Positions 25,993 to 39,459 of a stretch of 64,000 bases of DNA are shown here, piece by piece. Below the pieces are notes generated by a model. It was not told where the DNA came from. It worked only from the letters and a program-made list of their open reading frames with translations, and did no database searches. Source of the stretch: Octopus vulgaris (taxonomy: Eukaryota); assembly GCA_951406725.2 (NCBI GenBank), contig OX597814.1:186868001-186932000 (forward strand). Direction: 5' to 3'. A program made the position numbers and the translations under genes. The number at the start of each line of letters is the position of its first letter. Position 1 is the first letter of the stretch.

Positions 25993-28681
25993 CCCTTCTC
26001 TGTCTAGAGCAGACTGTTCCTAAGTGTCATGGTCGATGTTGAAGGCTTTCAGTGTGTCCTTAAAGTGCTTCTTCTGGCCGCCTTGTGTGTGCTTTCCCTT
26101 TTGCAGCTTGCCAAAGAGCAATCATTTTGGTAATTGATCGTCTGACATGTGAGCTACGTGCCCTGCACAGTGAAGCTGAGACTGCATCAAGGTGGTATGG
26201 ATGCAGGGCAGGTTAGCACGCATTAGTACCTCAGTGTCTGGGATCCTGTCCCGCCACTTTATGCTGAGAAGTTTTCTGAGGCATATTGTATGAAAGTGGT
26301 TCAGCTTTCTGGCATGACGCTGGTAGACTGTCCAGGACTCGCAGCCATAAAGCAGCATTGTGAGAACAACAGCTTGGTACACCATGATCTTTGTCATGAT
26401 GGTGATCCCCATCCTGTCCCAGACAGTCTTGCGTAGCCTGCCGAAGGCAACACTTGCCTTGGCGAGTCTGGCGTTGATTTCGTCACCGACGATAACACTT
26501 CTAGAGAGTGTGCTGCCAAGGTAGGTGAACTTGTCACTGCATTCAGTTGCTGCCCATTGATGGTGATGTTGAGTTCAATGTAGGGTTTGGTTGGAGCTGG
26601 CTGATACATTACCTCAGTCTTTTTTGTATTGATAGTAAGGCCAAAGTTGTTGCAGGTGCCAGAGAACAAGTCAACGCTGTGCTGTATATTGAACTCAGTG
26701 GCAGCATTGAGAGCGCAGTCATTAACGAACAGGACGTTGTTGACGGTATCTACTGAAACCTTGGTTTTCACTTTGAGCCTCCCAAGGTTGATGACTGAAC
26801 TGTCGGACCGGTACTTGATGCTGATGCCTATGTCTGTGTCCCTGAAAGCATCTGTCAGCATGACTGAGAATGTAAGACTGAACAAGGTCAGAGCAAGGAC
26901 ACATCTCTGTTTCACTCCACTGGAGTCGGGGAATGGATCAGAGGTCTCTCCGTTGTCCTGTACCCTTGCCAACATGCCATCGTGTAGTTGTCTTACGATG
27001 GTGATGAATTTTCTGGGGTATCCATGCTTCGCCAAGATTCTCCAAAGACCTTCTCTACTAACGGTATCAAAGGCCTTGGTCAGGTCAATGTAGGTGGAGT
27101 AGGGGTCAATGTTCTGCTCCCGATATTTCTCCTGCAGCTGTCTAGCAGCAAACACCATGTCGATAGTCCTATGCTCTTTCCGGGAGCCACACTGGCTCTC
27201 ATGTAGGAGACCCTGCTCTAGGTGTGCAATGAGGTGGTTGAGCAAAACTCTAGCCAGGATCTTGCCTGGCAGTAAAATTCTGTAAAACAGCAGTAAAATT
27301 CTGCAATGATTGTCGCAGACCTGGTGGTTTCCATTTCAAGGTGGATGATGGAGGTGTCCTTGAAGTCCTGAGGCACTGACTTGTGCATCCAGATGAGCTG
27401 AAACAGCTGGTGAATTTTCCTGGTCAGGGCCATACCGCCTTCTTTGAATACTTCAGCTGGGATGGAGTCTGGACCAGGTGCTTTGCCACTGGACAGTAGG
27501 TGGCATACTTTCTGAATTTCCTCCAAAGTTGGTTCGACATCCATTGACTCCTCAACAGGGACTTGAGGTAGCCTATCGATGGCTTCAGCATTGCTGGTGG
27601 AAGGCCTATTCAGGATGCTGTCGAAATATTTAGCCCATCTCTCTAATACCTTTTCCTTGTCAGTGATCAGTGTTGCCTCGTCAGCACTAAGGAAGGGAGA
27701 CAGTGTTCTTGCAGTAGTAGGGCCGTAAACTTCCTTCAAGCTGTCATAGAAATTCTTCATGCCATTTCTGTCTGCAAAGCCCTGGATCATGTCTGCTTTG
27801 CTGCTAAGCCAGGAATCCTGCATCTGGCGCAACTTCGTTTGGATTTTGCTCCGTACAATCCACAGTCTGTCCTTCTTTGAAACTGACTTGGGGTCAGTGA
27901 AGTGAGCTTTGTAAACACAATGCTTTTCCTCTAGTAGTTGCTTGACCTCCACACAGTTCTCATCAAACCAGTCCTTGTGCTTTTTTGTAGATGGCCCAAG
28001 GCATTCCATGGCTGTGTCGTACAACATCACCCAGAGTGCAACCCAGGCTTCCTCAATATCCTTGCCTTGTAGCACAATGGGGTCCAAGCGCTGCTCCAAT
28101 GTATCAGTAAATAGCTGCTTGACATTACTATCCTTCAGCTTGCCGATGTTCAAGCGTTTTGGTGCTTTCCTATTTTGTGGTCGTCTCTTGGGCTGGGGTC
28201 TCTCCAGTTTGAGGTTGGATACAACAAAGCAGTGATCTATCCAGCGTTCTGCACCACACATGGTCTTCATAACTCATACGTCTTGCCTGTCCCTCTTCCT
28301 TATAATAGCGTAGTCGTGCCAGTGCTTTGACCGGGGATGCATCCATGACGTTATGTTGTGGGTGGTGAGATTAAAGATGGTGTTGATCAGGAGGCCATGC
28401 TCTTCACAGGTCTGGAGGAGTAGCAGACCATTGCTGTTGCCAACTCCATGTTTCCCAATCACTCCTTCTCAGGAGACACTATCACGACCACCTCTCGCAT
28501 TGAAGTCACCTAGAATGATGAGTTTGTCTGCGTGGGGAGCCGCGGTGCTGACAGAGTTCAAGTCTTCATAGAACTTGTCCTTGGTCTCATTTGGATTCGT
28601 CATGGTGGGGGTATAGGTGCTGACAATGATGTACTTCTGTCTGCGAGAAAGGGGGAGTCTCATCATCATTAGGCAATCATT
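25993..28681 (-). mobile_element. RTE (BovB-like) LINE body: endonuclease C-half plus RT, 3' end missing
   Basis: YTPT, LGDFNAR, SWMHPRSKHWH, GKAPGPDSIP, IDLTKAFDTVSR, GVKQRCVLA and LLYGCESW motifs with frameshifts. Confidence 0.95.
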
Positions 28682-29806
28682 GGGGTGTACAGGAGGGGTA
28701 GTACCTATCACAAGGCAACAGTCGTGCTCCTCCTTGGAGTAGTTGATCCACCTTGGTCCCCACCTGCACTCAGCTTTCACTTGTGGCTCCTAGTAGTTAT
28801 TTGTATGCAACAACAGCCACACCCTAGGCAACGTCTTTGACTAGCCGGCTAAACCAAGAGAGGGTAGCCGACTGGTCTTAAACATTCGCCGAGTTAGGGC
28901 TTGCCTACCTACGCATATGAAAACTAGAGCCGGCTGATTCTACAGAAGAAACCACCAGAACGGTTTCAACAGAGAAGAGGGTGGTTACAGCAGGGCACCG
29001 TGGAGTGCATAGGGCAAGATGAGGCACTATAGGACATCTTGGTCATTTACTGCATCCAGTTCTGTCCCCAGTCATCTCGATCTGGTCTTGCCACTGGTTA
29101 AGACAGTCTCAGACGAGAGAATGAGGTCAGCGATGCGCAACTCTTCCTCACTTTAAACAAAGTTTTCTCACGCAAGTCATCTTTCATCCTTCTTTCTACC
29201 CCTTCATCCCAAAGTCCTGTGGCAACAGGCATGCGATGAAGTGACAGGTGTGGGTACACTGGAAGTCATAGCCACAAACCTGCACACAGGCAGTTCAGGC
29301 CACAGGGTCGCTATTCACTGACCTGGAGCAGCACTGGATTTCGGCAGCCGTCTGGGCGACTGAGCAGTCCTATTTAGGAATGCACTGCTCACCTCCATGG
29401 CATGAGGAGTGGACTAGAAAAGGTGTCCCAAACATTGCCTGCTCCACCTACCTAGCCAGCCTACCGTGATTGGAGGGGATCCTACACACTGCGGTCGAAA
29501 CAAAGAAAGAAAAAGAGTGACGCGTACACCACTCATCCTCGCTGCTTGGAACGTTCGTACGCTTCTTGACAGAGACAAGTCGGAGAGACCCCAGAGATGC
29601 ACAGCAAATGAACTCGCCAGATATAGCATCGACATTGCTGCTCTCAGCGAAACCAGGCTGCCGGGCGAAAGCAAACTACAGAAAAAGGTGCAGGATACAC
29701 TTTTTTTTTAAGTGGATGTGGACCTGAAGAGAGAAGAGAGGCTGGAGTTGGCTTTGCAGTTAAGTCGACATTGGTTGGCAAGTTGATTGGTCCCCCAAAA
29801 GGTATC
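28682..29806 (+). mobile_element. Inverted 5' segment of the same RTE LINE (5'UTR plus endonuclease N-terminus)
   Basis: AWNVRTLLD..ELARYSIDIAALSETRL..GVGFAVK..GPPKGI on the plus strand; the continuation NDCLMMMRLPL starts at 28681 on the minus strand. Confidence 0.9.
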
Positions 29807-30215
29807 CCTATCTACTGCCCTACAGAATACTCTATCTAAATACGATCTGGACAACCCACTGTGGTTGATCCATGTCCACATTGGCACATTTGAGTAGTTC
29901 AGTCAGTACCTATTGGATAGTTGGAAACGTCTGAGCAGGTCTTTGAAGCATTTGCATCCCCTTCTCTTCCTATCTCTACTTACATAGTCTAGACGCATAT
30001 CCAAGATAGCATTCCAATACCCTATTAGAAGTAAAGGTCGAGACGTTCCCAGGAAAACCTCTAGACATCGAAAGAAATCTGGCTGACCTGTTAAGGATGG
30101 TGCATATACTGTTATCAGTCAAAGAGCACAACCATTATTGCCATCGACATCCAAGATAACCAGCCTACCCTCCGGGTCTAGGAATACTGCCCTTTGAGTT
30201 CCAAACACTTTCAAA
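29807..30215 (-). mobile_element. L1/Tx1-like LINE endonuclease fragment
   Basis: Minus-strand DPEGRLVILDV, IGYWNAILD (GDxN-like) and YLDRVF motifs. Confidence 0.75.
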
Positions 30216-30217
30216 AA

Positions 30218-30420
30218 AGATAGATGGATAGACAGATAGCTAGATGGGTGGGTGGGTGGCTGATTGGATAGATGGCTGGATGGATGCATAGATAGCTAGC
30301 TGAATGGACTGATGGATGGATAAATGGTTGAATGGCTGGTTGGCTGGCTGGCTGGCTGAATGGATGGATAGCTAACTGGGTGGATGGTCAGACAGATGGA
30401 TAGATAAATAGATAGATATG
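30218..30420 (+). repeat. (GATA/GGAT/GGCT)n tract
   Basis: Directly visible. Confidence 0.9.
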
Positions 30421-32375
30421 TTTCTTTGGGCAAAATACAAAGTAGAGCTTTTCTTTTTGGGAAGGAAAGAAAAAGAAAAGGTGAGGGTAGAATTTCTATC
30501 AAAAGGGATCATGGTCAAAAAAAAAAAAAACAATCAATTGGGATTGTGTATTACAGAAGTGTCTTAGTGTAAAATGGGAAACAGATTAGGTTTATCTGTG
30601 GAAAGAAAAGCTCACGGTAACTTCGGGCAATGGTGTAAGTAACTCTCTTTTTTCCTTTCTTTTTCTGGTTCATAGGACTATGCTCAAGGTGGCTCCGTCA
30701 TTCACACGTGCCATCCTTGCTACATTCACCCACATTTTTTTGAAACATTCACTAGACAAAACTTCCCTTTCTACTGCCACCTTCCTCTTCAAGTGATACT
30801 TGAAGAAGTTGATGAGAGATTCACTAGAGAGGAAAGTGTTTGTCTCTAGACCTTTCAGACATGTCCACCATACATATTCTTTTGCCATAGCCACAAGTAC
30901 GATGAAAAAGGCTCTTCCTTCCCATTTCAAGGAAAGAGGCACAACAGTATTCATGACAGACTCAGTTGATAAACTGACTCATCCCACATGCAATGGCAGT
31001 CGTTCGACATAGGCCCACAGGTCGGAAATGGTTGGACACTGTACAAGTGTGTGCAGAACGGTTTCGTCACTGACCGCATCTTGGACAGGTCGACCCCATA
31101 TTTCTCAAGCCATGGCTGTAGAGCTTATCCTGAATGGGTAGCGCTTCTTGATAGCACTGCCAGGCCAAGGATCTCCGGAAGTTGTCCATAGGTCCCGGCC
31201 TGAAAGTTGTCTTGAACAGGCGGGTCAGGTATTCCTCGTCAACACCCAGGTTTGCCCCGAGATCATCATCATACCTCCCCTCCACTAATCCCCTATAGAA
31301 TGCTTTGATTGTGTTGCAGTCGCTCAAGGTCAACCTGGGACGGCATAGTTGCTCGAGAGCAACGCGACACTAGTGATGCCATTCGCACTTCCTCGGCCTC
31401 TTTTTGATCAACGACTGCAGTTCAGTCATGGAGATGAGCTGTGGGAAAGAACACCTCACAAACGGCGACCACACATGTTCACAGTCGTCTACGTAGAGCT
31501 GGAGATGCTGCAGTCCCAGAGCGTGTCTGTGCATCATCAACCACAGTATGCCCAGCTCTCCTTTTAATGGGTGTTGGCAGCAAACGGATCACCTGACCAT
31601 CAGAACGCATTCTTTCCACAAGAATGCGGAAGAGAATGAATTCCAGTTTGGTGATGGTAGGGTCAGGACAAGGCACGACGGTTAGGCGGTAGTAGATGAT
31701 GGACTGCGATGTACATTTTTGCCACTTCTGCCCGACCTTTTAGGGACAGCTTCCTCTCAGCCCATTGCCGGGCGAGAGTGACCACCCTACTCTATCTCAT
31801 TCCAGTTCCTCTCCGTTTGGAGGTCTGGACCAAACCAGACCCTGAGCAACTCGACTGGACCATCGGTCCAGTGTCCCTGAATGGAGGTGCTGTTGAACGG
31901 CATGGGCTTGCTTCTCCAGGTGCCAAGCCGCAAGCCCACTGACTTTTCCCGGTAAATTTTCATTCCTGTTACCACTTTGTAGTCTTTCAGTGTCTCACTG
32001 ACGAGATTGATGTGCTCCTGGCAAGACACTATGATGGTGATGTTGTCTGCATATGTGGACATGCTCATCCTGCATCCCAATCCTCACAGGATGCCCCTCA
32101 GCGTTGCCAGCTTTTGCAGTAGTGGCTCGAGAGTCAATACATACAGAAGCGATGAAAGGGGGTATCTCTGACAGACCAAACGTGCAATGTCGAAAGGTCT
32201 CGATAGATGTCCATTCATGCAAATTACCGTAAGGATGCCTATGTACAAGGCAGCTATCCAGCCGTGGAAGACAGGACCGAAACCAGCCGCTATGAGAACA
32301 GCCTCTTACCGTATCGAAAGCTTTTGATTGATCCAAATTGATCAGGGCCCCACCCATGCCAGGTTCTTTAACTAC
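30421..32375 (-). mobile_element. 5'-truncated L1/Tx1-like LINE (RT, C-terminal Zn knuckle, 3'UTR)
   Basis: LINLDQSKAFD, TYADNIT and CPRC motifs; 3'UTR ends at the GATA tract. Confidence 0.9.
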
Positions 32376-32379
32376 CCTA

Positions 32380-34835
32380 TGACAGATAGGCAGGTAGGTA
32401 GGCAGGCAGGCAGGCAGACAGACAGACAGACAGACAGATCTATAGGATAGATAGATGGAGAGATATATAGATAGGATAAATAGAAATATAGATAAGCTAG
32501 ATAGGTAGACAGACAGACAGATAAATAGTTGGATGGATGGTTGGATAGATAGATGGACGGATGAATAGATAGATAGCTGGATGGATGGATGGATAGATTG
32601 ATAGATGGATGGATGGACTGATAGACTGATTGATGGATGAATGATAAAACAGGTAGATTGAATAATGGATGGGTAGATGCATGTATAGATATATAGATAG
32701 ATGAATGAGAGGATAGATAAATGGATAATTAAAGTGGTGTAAGGACGGGTAGATAGGCAAATGGATGGATGAATGGATGAGTAAATGAATGATAGATTGG
32801 TGGATGGATTGATAGATTGATGTGTTTATAGACAGATGATGGATGCACAGATAGACAAGCAGATGAATGGATGAATAGATATTCAGATGGATGGATGGAT
32901 AGACAGGTAAATAGCTGGATGGATGGATAGATAGATTAATGAATTGCTGGATGTATGGATCGGTAGGTAGATAGACAGATAGCTGGAACAGATGGATGGA
33001 TGAATGAATGCACACATGGATGAGTGGATAGAAAGATAGATAACAGAGGGGATGGATAGATGGATGGAAGGATGTTGGGAGGAATGGATAAATGGAACAG
33101 ATAGATAGATGCATACATGGATGGGTGGATAGAAGGATGGATGACAGGATGGATAGATGAATGGATTGATGGAGGGGAAGGAAAGATGGAAAGATGGATG
33201 GTTGGTTGGTTGGCTGGATAGATGGCAGGATGGGATGATGGATGTATAGATGGAAGGATGGATTGATGGACGGATAAATGGAAGGATGGACAGAGATGAA
33301 TGGATGGATAGACGGATGGACAGATAGATAAATAGATAGATGGATGGATGGATGGATTGGACGAGTAGATGGATGGATAGATTGATTGATAGATAGGCAG
33401 ATAGATAGATGGGTGAATGGATATATAAGTATACAGATGGATGAATTGATAGATAGATGGTTGGAATGGCATGTAGATAGACAAATGGATGGATGCCTGG
33501 ATGAACGTATGGAGAGTTACATAGATGAATGGATGGATAGAATGAGTAACATGTTTCTTGATGGATGAATGGATAGGCTGTTACTTTCCTTTTTTGTTTT
33601 GATGACTGGATAGACACCTGGGTGGATGCATGGATAGTAATGGAAATGGATTGTTGGATAGGTACCTAGATGGATTGACAGTTTTATGAATGTATGGATA
33701 GAGGGAGAGGTGTATGGTTATTTAGCTGGAAAGAAAGTTACCTGGATGGATGGATAGACGGATGGACAGTGACCTAGATTGATGCATAGATGGATAGACA
33801 ATAACCTGGGTGCATGGAGGGATGGATAGTTTACTGAACAGTATGGCTGGATGGTACCAAGTGGGATGGATGTATGGATGGATCGTTAACCAAGATTATT
33901 TGATGGATAGTCAGACGGATAGTTACCTATATGGATCGATGGATGGATAAATAGTTGCATAGCTGGATAGATTGAAATACTTTTTTGTGAATGGATGGCA
34001 GGATAGACAGTTATATGGATGGATGGATGGTTATGTAAATGTATTGATAGTTTCATGGATAGTTACCTGGGTAGCTGGAGTATAGCCAACTAAATGGAGA
34101 GATGGAGGTTAGTTTAGGACAGATACTTACCTAGATGTATGATTGGATGGGTGGGTGGATGGATGGATGGATGAATGGATGGATGGATGGATGAATGACA
34201 GCTACCTAAATTGGTGTTTAGATGGATTGAGTTTCATAGATGGATAGATGCATGAATGGACAGTTACCTAGGTGGATGGATGGAGAGAGGGCAGAAGCAT
34301 TATCTAAATGGATAGACAGATAGTTGATAGATTGATAGACAGATAAATGGACAGGCAGGTATAGATCGATAGATGGGTGCATAGTTACCTAGTCAGATAG
34401 TTACTTGGATAGGTAGATAGATGCACGGATAGATACTTGGACAGATCGATAGAAAGATAGTTTCCTAGATGGATGGATGGATGGATGGAATGTTACCTGG
34501 ATAGATGGAGTGTTATCTAGATAGAGAAAGAATGAATGGATGCATAGTCACCTAGATAAATATATTGTTACCTGGATGGGTGGACATATAGTTACCTAGA
34601 TAGATGGATAGATGAATATATAGTTACCTAGACAGATTGATGGGTGAATAATCACCCAGATGGATGAGGGGATTGAGGGGTGGATGCACGGACGGACGAA
34701 CAGTTACTTTGATATGTGAATGGATGGATGGTTACCTAGATGGGTGGATAGATAGAGATCAATGTGCATTTAAGATAGACATAGATCGGTAGGTAGATAC
34801 ATGGATAGTAGCTTGACAGAGCGATGGTTAGAGAT
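32380..34835 (+). repeat. Long degenerate (GGAT/GATA)n tract with a recurring GTTACCT motif in its distal half
   Basis: Directly visible. Confidence 0.95.
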
Positions 34836-36021
34836 ATTTAGGTAGCGGGAAAGATTTTTCGAAATTATGTATATATATAGTAAATAGAGTGATTGCACAC
34901 ACACACACACAAACACGTACATATACAAGACTGTGCATATCCAATCGTACGTGTCTATATGTATATGCACGCTCACGTAAACCAAATTGATGTCGGCTGT
35001 AATGAAATGTTAAACTATTTGCAATGTTTCCACTGAGTAATATTTATCAACTCCGCTTTGCAATCTATTGTAATCATATATAAACGGGCACCTTGGCTAT
35101 TGACGCACTCTTAATACTCTCCACCTTCAAGTTTCTCCGCCTCTCCACCTTCATACAATGGTTAATCTTCAACTTTTACATTTAACATTTCTCCCTGACT
35201 GGTGGGTTGTTAAAGATTTCCATGCTTTCCTCTTATTTCCTCTCCCTTTCCCAATCATCTATTTACTTCCTCCCCCACTACTACCCTTTCCTTTCCCCGA
35301 CCCTCTTCGTGTCTTTAACTCACCTTATGTACATTGTATGCCAACGTTAACCTTAGCTGTATCTATGAAACAGCTTCCCTTTATGCATTCAATCTTATAT
35401 TCCCCACTCCATTTCGTTAACTTCTCTTTCAATTATTATAACGAGAAAGAATTCCCCCTCCGTCGTCGACTTTCCCTTATTTTCTTTCTTTTCTTCGGTC
35501 TTTCTCCGCTGTCACTATCTCTCTCTCTCTAACCTTGCTATATAATCTTTTAATAAAGATGAGAGATAGAGATAGAGAGAAGGGCAGAAAAAGAGTGTAA
35601 GAGAGATTCATATATTGCCACCAACATAAACGTGTACACAGCCACAAGCTTAGAACGAAAAAGACCAAATAATAATAATAATGATGATAAATAAGTTAAT
35701 GTCCTTCACCCTTTCTTTCTCTTTCACCCCCGAAACACTCTTCATCATTCATCCCGATCCTCCCCCCTCATACCGCTCGCTCTTTAACACACAGCATAAA
35801 GTAAATATGCTTATAAAGGTTCACTTACAGCTAGCTACACAAACACTCACATTCACACTCACACAAACAGTTATGTTCTCATCCTTAACGTTTCTTTCCT
35901 CTCACCGATCGATAGATAGCAAGTGTCCGTGACGCCCTCCACCGAAAAACTAGAAAGCAGATAGAGAATAAAAGAAAATAAATAGGTCACAGCCTCGTTT
36001 TCCACATGAATCTACGTTTAC

Positions 36022-36106
36022 CCTTGTCACCAGCATACTGCCAGCCCTGACGGATTGATTCCGAACAGTCCCGAATATTGACGAACTGGTTGGTCCAGGC
36101 TTGCAT
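36022..36106 (-). CDS. Candidate first coding exon (MQAWTNQFVNIRDCSESIRQGWQYAGDK, phase 1)
   Basis: gcaacATG start context, 28 open codons, donor AGG|gtaaac; unique CpG-retaining region; no acceptor upstream. Confidence 0.45.
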
Positions 36107-36119
36107 GTTGCTGATCACA

Positions 36120-36200
36120 TTGTTGTCCAATCAAACAACAGATTCAAACTACCGCCACCAGATATCGCTTCCCGCAATATGACGTCACCAAAGCACAGCA
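36120..36200 (-). promoter_or_regulatory. Promoter-like motif cluster: CRE, E2F-like site, CCAAT
   Basis: TGACGTCA 36180-36187, TTCCCGC 36169-36175, CCAATCA 36127-36133, just upstream of the candidate ATG. Confidence 0.4.
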
Positions 36201-36445
36201 TTTCTTCTTCCTTGCTCTCTATTTTCAAATGCAATGTACTCCAACATTACTCCCGTTTTCTTTATTTTTATTTTATTAGCCCCCCCCCCCCCAGTATTAA
36301 TTAATGTACACGTAAACACTCCTCCATTATTGATACCTTGTTCCTTCACTCCTGTTTGTCGATTGTACACCAATTGTATTCGTTACTTCTCTCCCACTTT
36401 CATATTGTATACATGTACTCACACATTACTGTACATACATACGCT

Positions 36446-36483
<38 letters not shown>

Positions 36484-36636
36484 TCTTTCTCTCCCTCTCT
36501 AACAAATTCATGCAAGCAACAATAGCAAATTATAAGTATATGTATATCTGTCAGTGTACTTTCCCTTTCAGCCCTTCTTTTGAACCTTGTCCAAATAGCT
36601 CATTTTAGCGCGCCCTTCTCCTGTTATGTACGTGTG

Positions 36637-36671
<35 letters not shown>

Positions 36672-38409
36672 TTACGAATGAAAAATCGGATAAAATTTAA
36701 CGTAGCTGCATTCCATTTACCTAACATATTCATTTGATCTAGTAAATTAAATGTGTCTATTTTTTGGTGTATGTGTAAATAGCTAAATACAAATAATCGG
36801 AATCTGCGACCAAACAATTCAATACGTCATGGTATGAGTGAGTGTGAGTGTGTGTGTGGGCAGGTGTGTCATAGTAAGCTAGGTATACTATGCGGTGTGT
36901 CTGTGTGTGCGTTGTATATACGCGTGTGTTTGAACCGGCGTGTGCGTGTGTGTGAGAAGTGAGTGCGCACACTGTGTCTGTGTGTTTGCTTCAATTACTG
37001 TTGGACATATATTTTTAACACACGACAAAAGCTCGTAATTAGCTGTATGTTATGGGACTGGAGAGGTCTGCCAGTATTCAGAGAGGGAGGGAAAACGAGA
37101 AGCCGATCACAATGTGTATAAGTGAGTGTGAATGTGTGTGTGTGTACACGCGCCGATAGCCTAGCTATGTTGATGTGTCTTGTTTTCTAAGACACGTTGA
37201 TCGACTTCACTTCCTTTGTAAAAGCCTAGTGGGTGCGAAAAAATACACTTATCGCAGGTTTTGAAACAAGGCTGCAGAATTGTATTTATTAACAAAGTAA
37301 ATAATCTTTTTATTTGAGATGACTGGTGTGTGTGTGTGTGTTGAAAGACCACCTAATATATGCAATGATACACGTGCCTTTAAGTGATTGCTCGACTTGC
37401 TAGAAATAGCAGTGAAATCTCCCTCAAATGACATCCTACCGGTATTAAAAAAAAAGAAGATATATTAGCTAATGTAGTGCTAAGTACGCCTGGCTGGAGC
37501 TAAATAGCAAAATAACATGAGAGCTAATTAGATAAAGGTTTCTTGTAACATGCAGAACGCCACAGATTTGTGAAGGTTCAATTTTGAGATAGGTTTTGTG
37601 TAACAAGTGAAGTGATTTTTCCGAACCGGGTGGAAACGTGGAAAATTGCCCTAAGCTGCAGTGATATGTCCAAAGCGAATTTACCATTATATACACAGTA
37701 TGTGTGTGCGTGAGGGGGGAGAGGAGGACAGAAGGAGAATATTGCTTCCACGCGTAAAGAAAGCCAAACGGGTCGGTATTGAATCAGGACAAACAGATGG
37801 TACTATAAAATAACAGTTAAATCAGTGAGTCGAGTTTAGCATTGATAGACAGGCCCTTCACCAGCAATCTGCCGCTCTTTCTACTGCTTGTTTGTCTGAT
37901 AAATACTTGAGATATTGTTAACAGGTCATGCATTGGTAGTTTACATTTACGGATCTATAACAGGACATAGATTACAAAATGTACAAAGAGAGATAGAGGA
38001 GGGAGCTAGATATAAAAGAGAGATAGCGGAAAGAAAACAACTAGAATCAGGTTTTATTATGATCCGCTCGCGCTAACAAGCAGAACGTCAGGTGTAAAAG
38101 TCTCGATGGAAATATAAGTATTAGACATGAACAATAAATACTTGTTAACAAGAATTCGAATATTCATGTAAAAAGAAAAGAGTACGCACGCGTTATAAAG
38201 ACGATAGGTATATTAATTACAGTATTAATATGTATACAGGAAAATAAACACCTTATAGGAAAATACCTATTGTGCATAGAAATAAAACATGTAAATAATA
38301 TGCATATTTTTTGCTTAGAGAATAAAGCTTGAGCAAAGTCTGTTCATGTTTCTTCACCGCTATTATACCACAATTAAGAACAAACTATAGGCAAGTAAAC
38401 AAGATTTTT

Positions 38410-39450
38410 ATTTTTGCCTTTCAATTTATCGGGGTCGATAAAATAACTACCAGTTGAGCACTGGGGATCATTGCAATCGACAAGCCTTTCCCCACAAAAT
38501 TCCACGCATTGTGCCTATAGTAGAAAGATTTATAATTACTATCAGTGCTCAAACTGGTACATTTTATATCAACTCTGAAAGGATAAAAGGTAAAGGTAAC
38601 CTTAGTGGAACTTGAACACAGAACATAAAGAGCCGAAGGAAATACTGCTATGCATTTTCTCCGGCGTGCTAACGGTTCTGATAGTTCACCGCCTTAATAA
38701 CCATCTCAATTTTTTAGTGATACCTGCCTAAAAGAGCGTAACGCACGTGCTTACTAACGTTGTGTAACAAGCAGAATTATAAATACATTTAGGATGATTA
38801 TTGATAGACGGTGAGCAGGCAAAATTGTCGGCGCATTGGACAAAATACTTAGCAGCATTTCTTCCGGATTTATATATTTTGAGTTCAAATACCGCCAAGG
38901 TCAATTTTGCCCTTCATCTCTATGGAGTCCGTAAAATAAAGCACCAGTCAATTTCTGGGATCGATGTAATCGACTTGCGCTCGAAACTGACGGCCTTGTA
39001 CTAAGCGAGGTCGACTTTGCCTTTTATCCTTTCCGGGTCGATAACGTAAGTTCCAGCTGAGCACTGGGGTCGATGTAACGACTATTCCTCTCCCTTAAAT
39101 TTTCAGCCCTTGTGCGTATAATAGAAAGAATCATCATTGACGGCGGTCAGCTAGCAGAATCGTTAGTACGCCTTAGTGGCAGTTCTTCTGGTTCTTTACT
39201 CAGAAGAGTTCAAATACCACTGAGGTCAACTTTGCCTTTCATATCCACGAAATCAATAAAATAAAGTACCAGTCAAATACTAGAGTAGATGTATGCTGGC
39301 CTGTGCCAAAATTTGAAACAAAGGCGGCGAGCTGGCAGAACTGTTAGCGCCTCAGACTACATGCCTAGCAGCATTTCTTCCGGCTCTCTACGTTCTGAGT
39401 TCAAATCCCGCCGAAACCAACCTTTGCCTTTGATCTTTTACGGGACGATA
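38410..39450. mobile_element. Cluster of degenerate tRNA-derived SINE copies in both orientations
   Basis: Repeated ggcgagctggcag, gagttcaaat and ggggtcgat..taccag motifs shared with 59659-59888. Confidence 0.85.
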
Positions 39451-39459
39451 AAAGAGGTG

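Noticed and set aside
32497-33617. Long ORFs (182-244 aa) rich in S/I/H/P/Y/L, and similar ORFs at 24.3-25.9 kb
   Set aside because: They are translations of (ATCC/ATCT)n repeats that lack stops on the minus strand; several overlapping frames are open.
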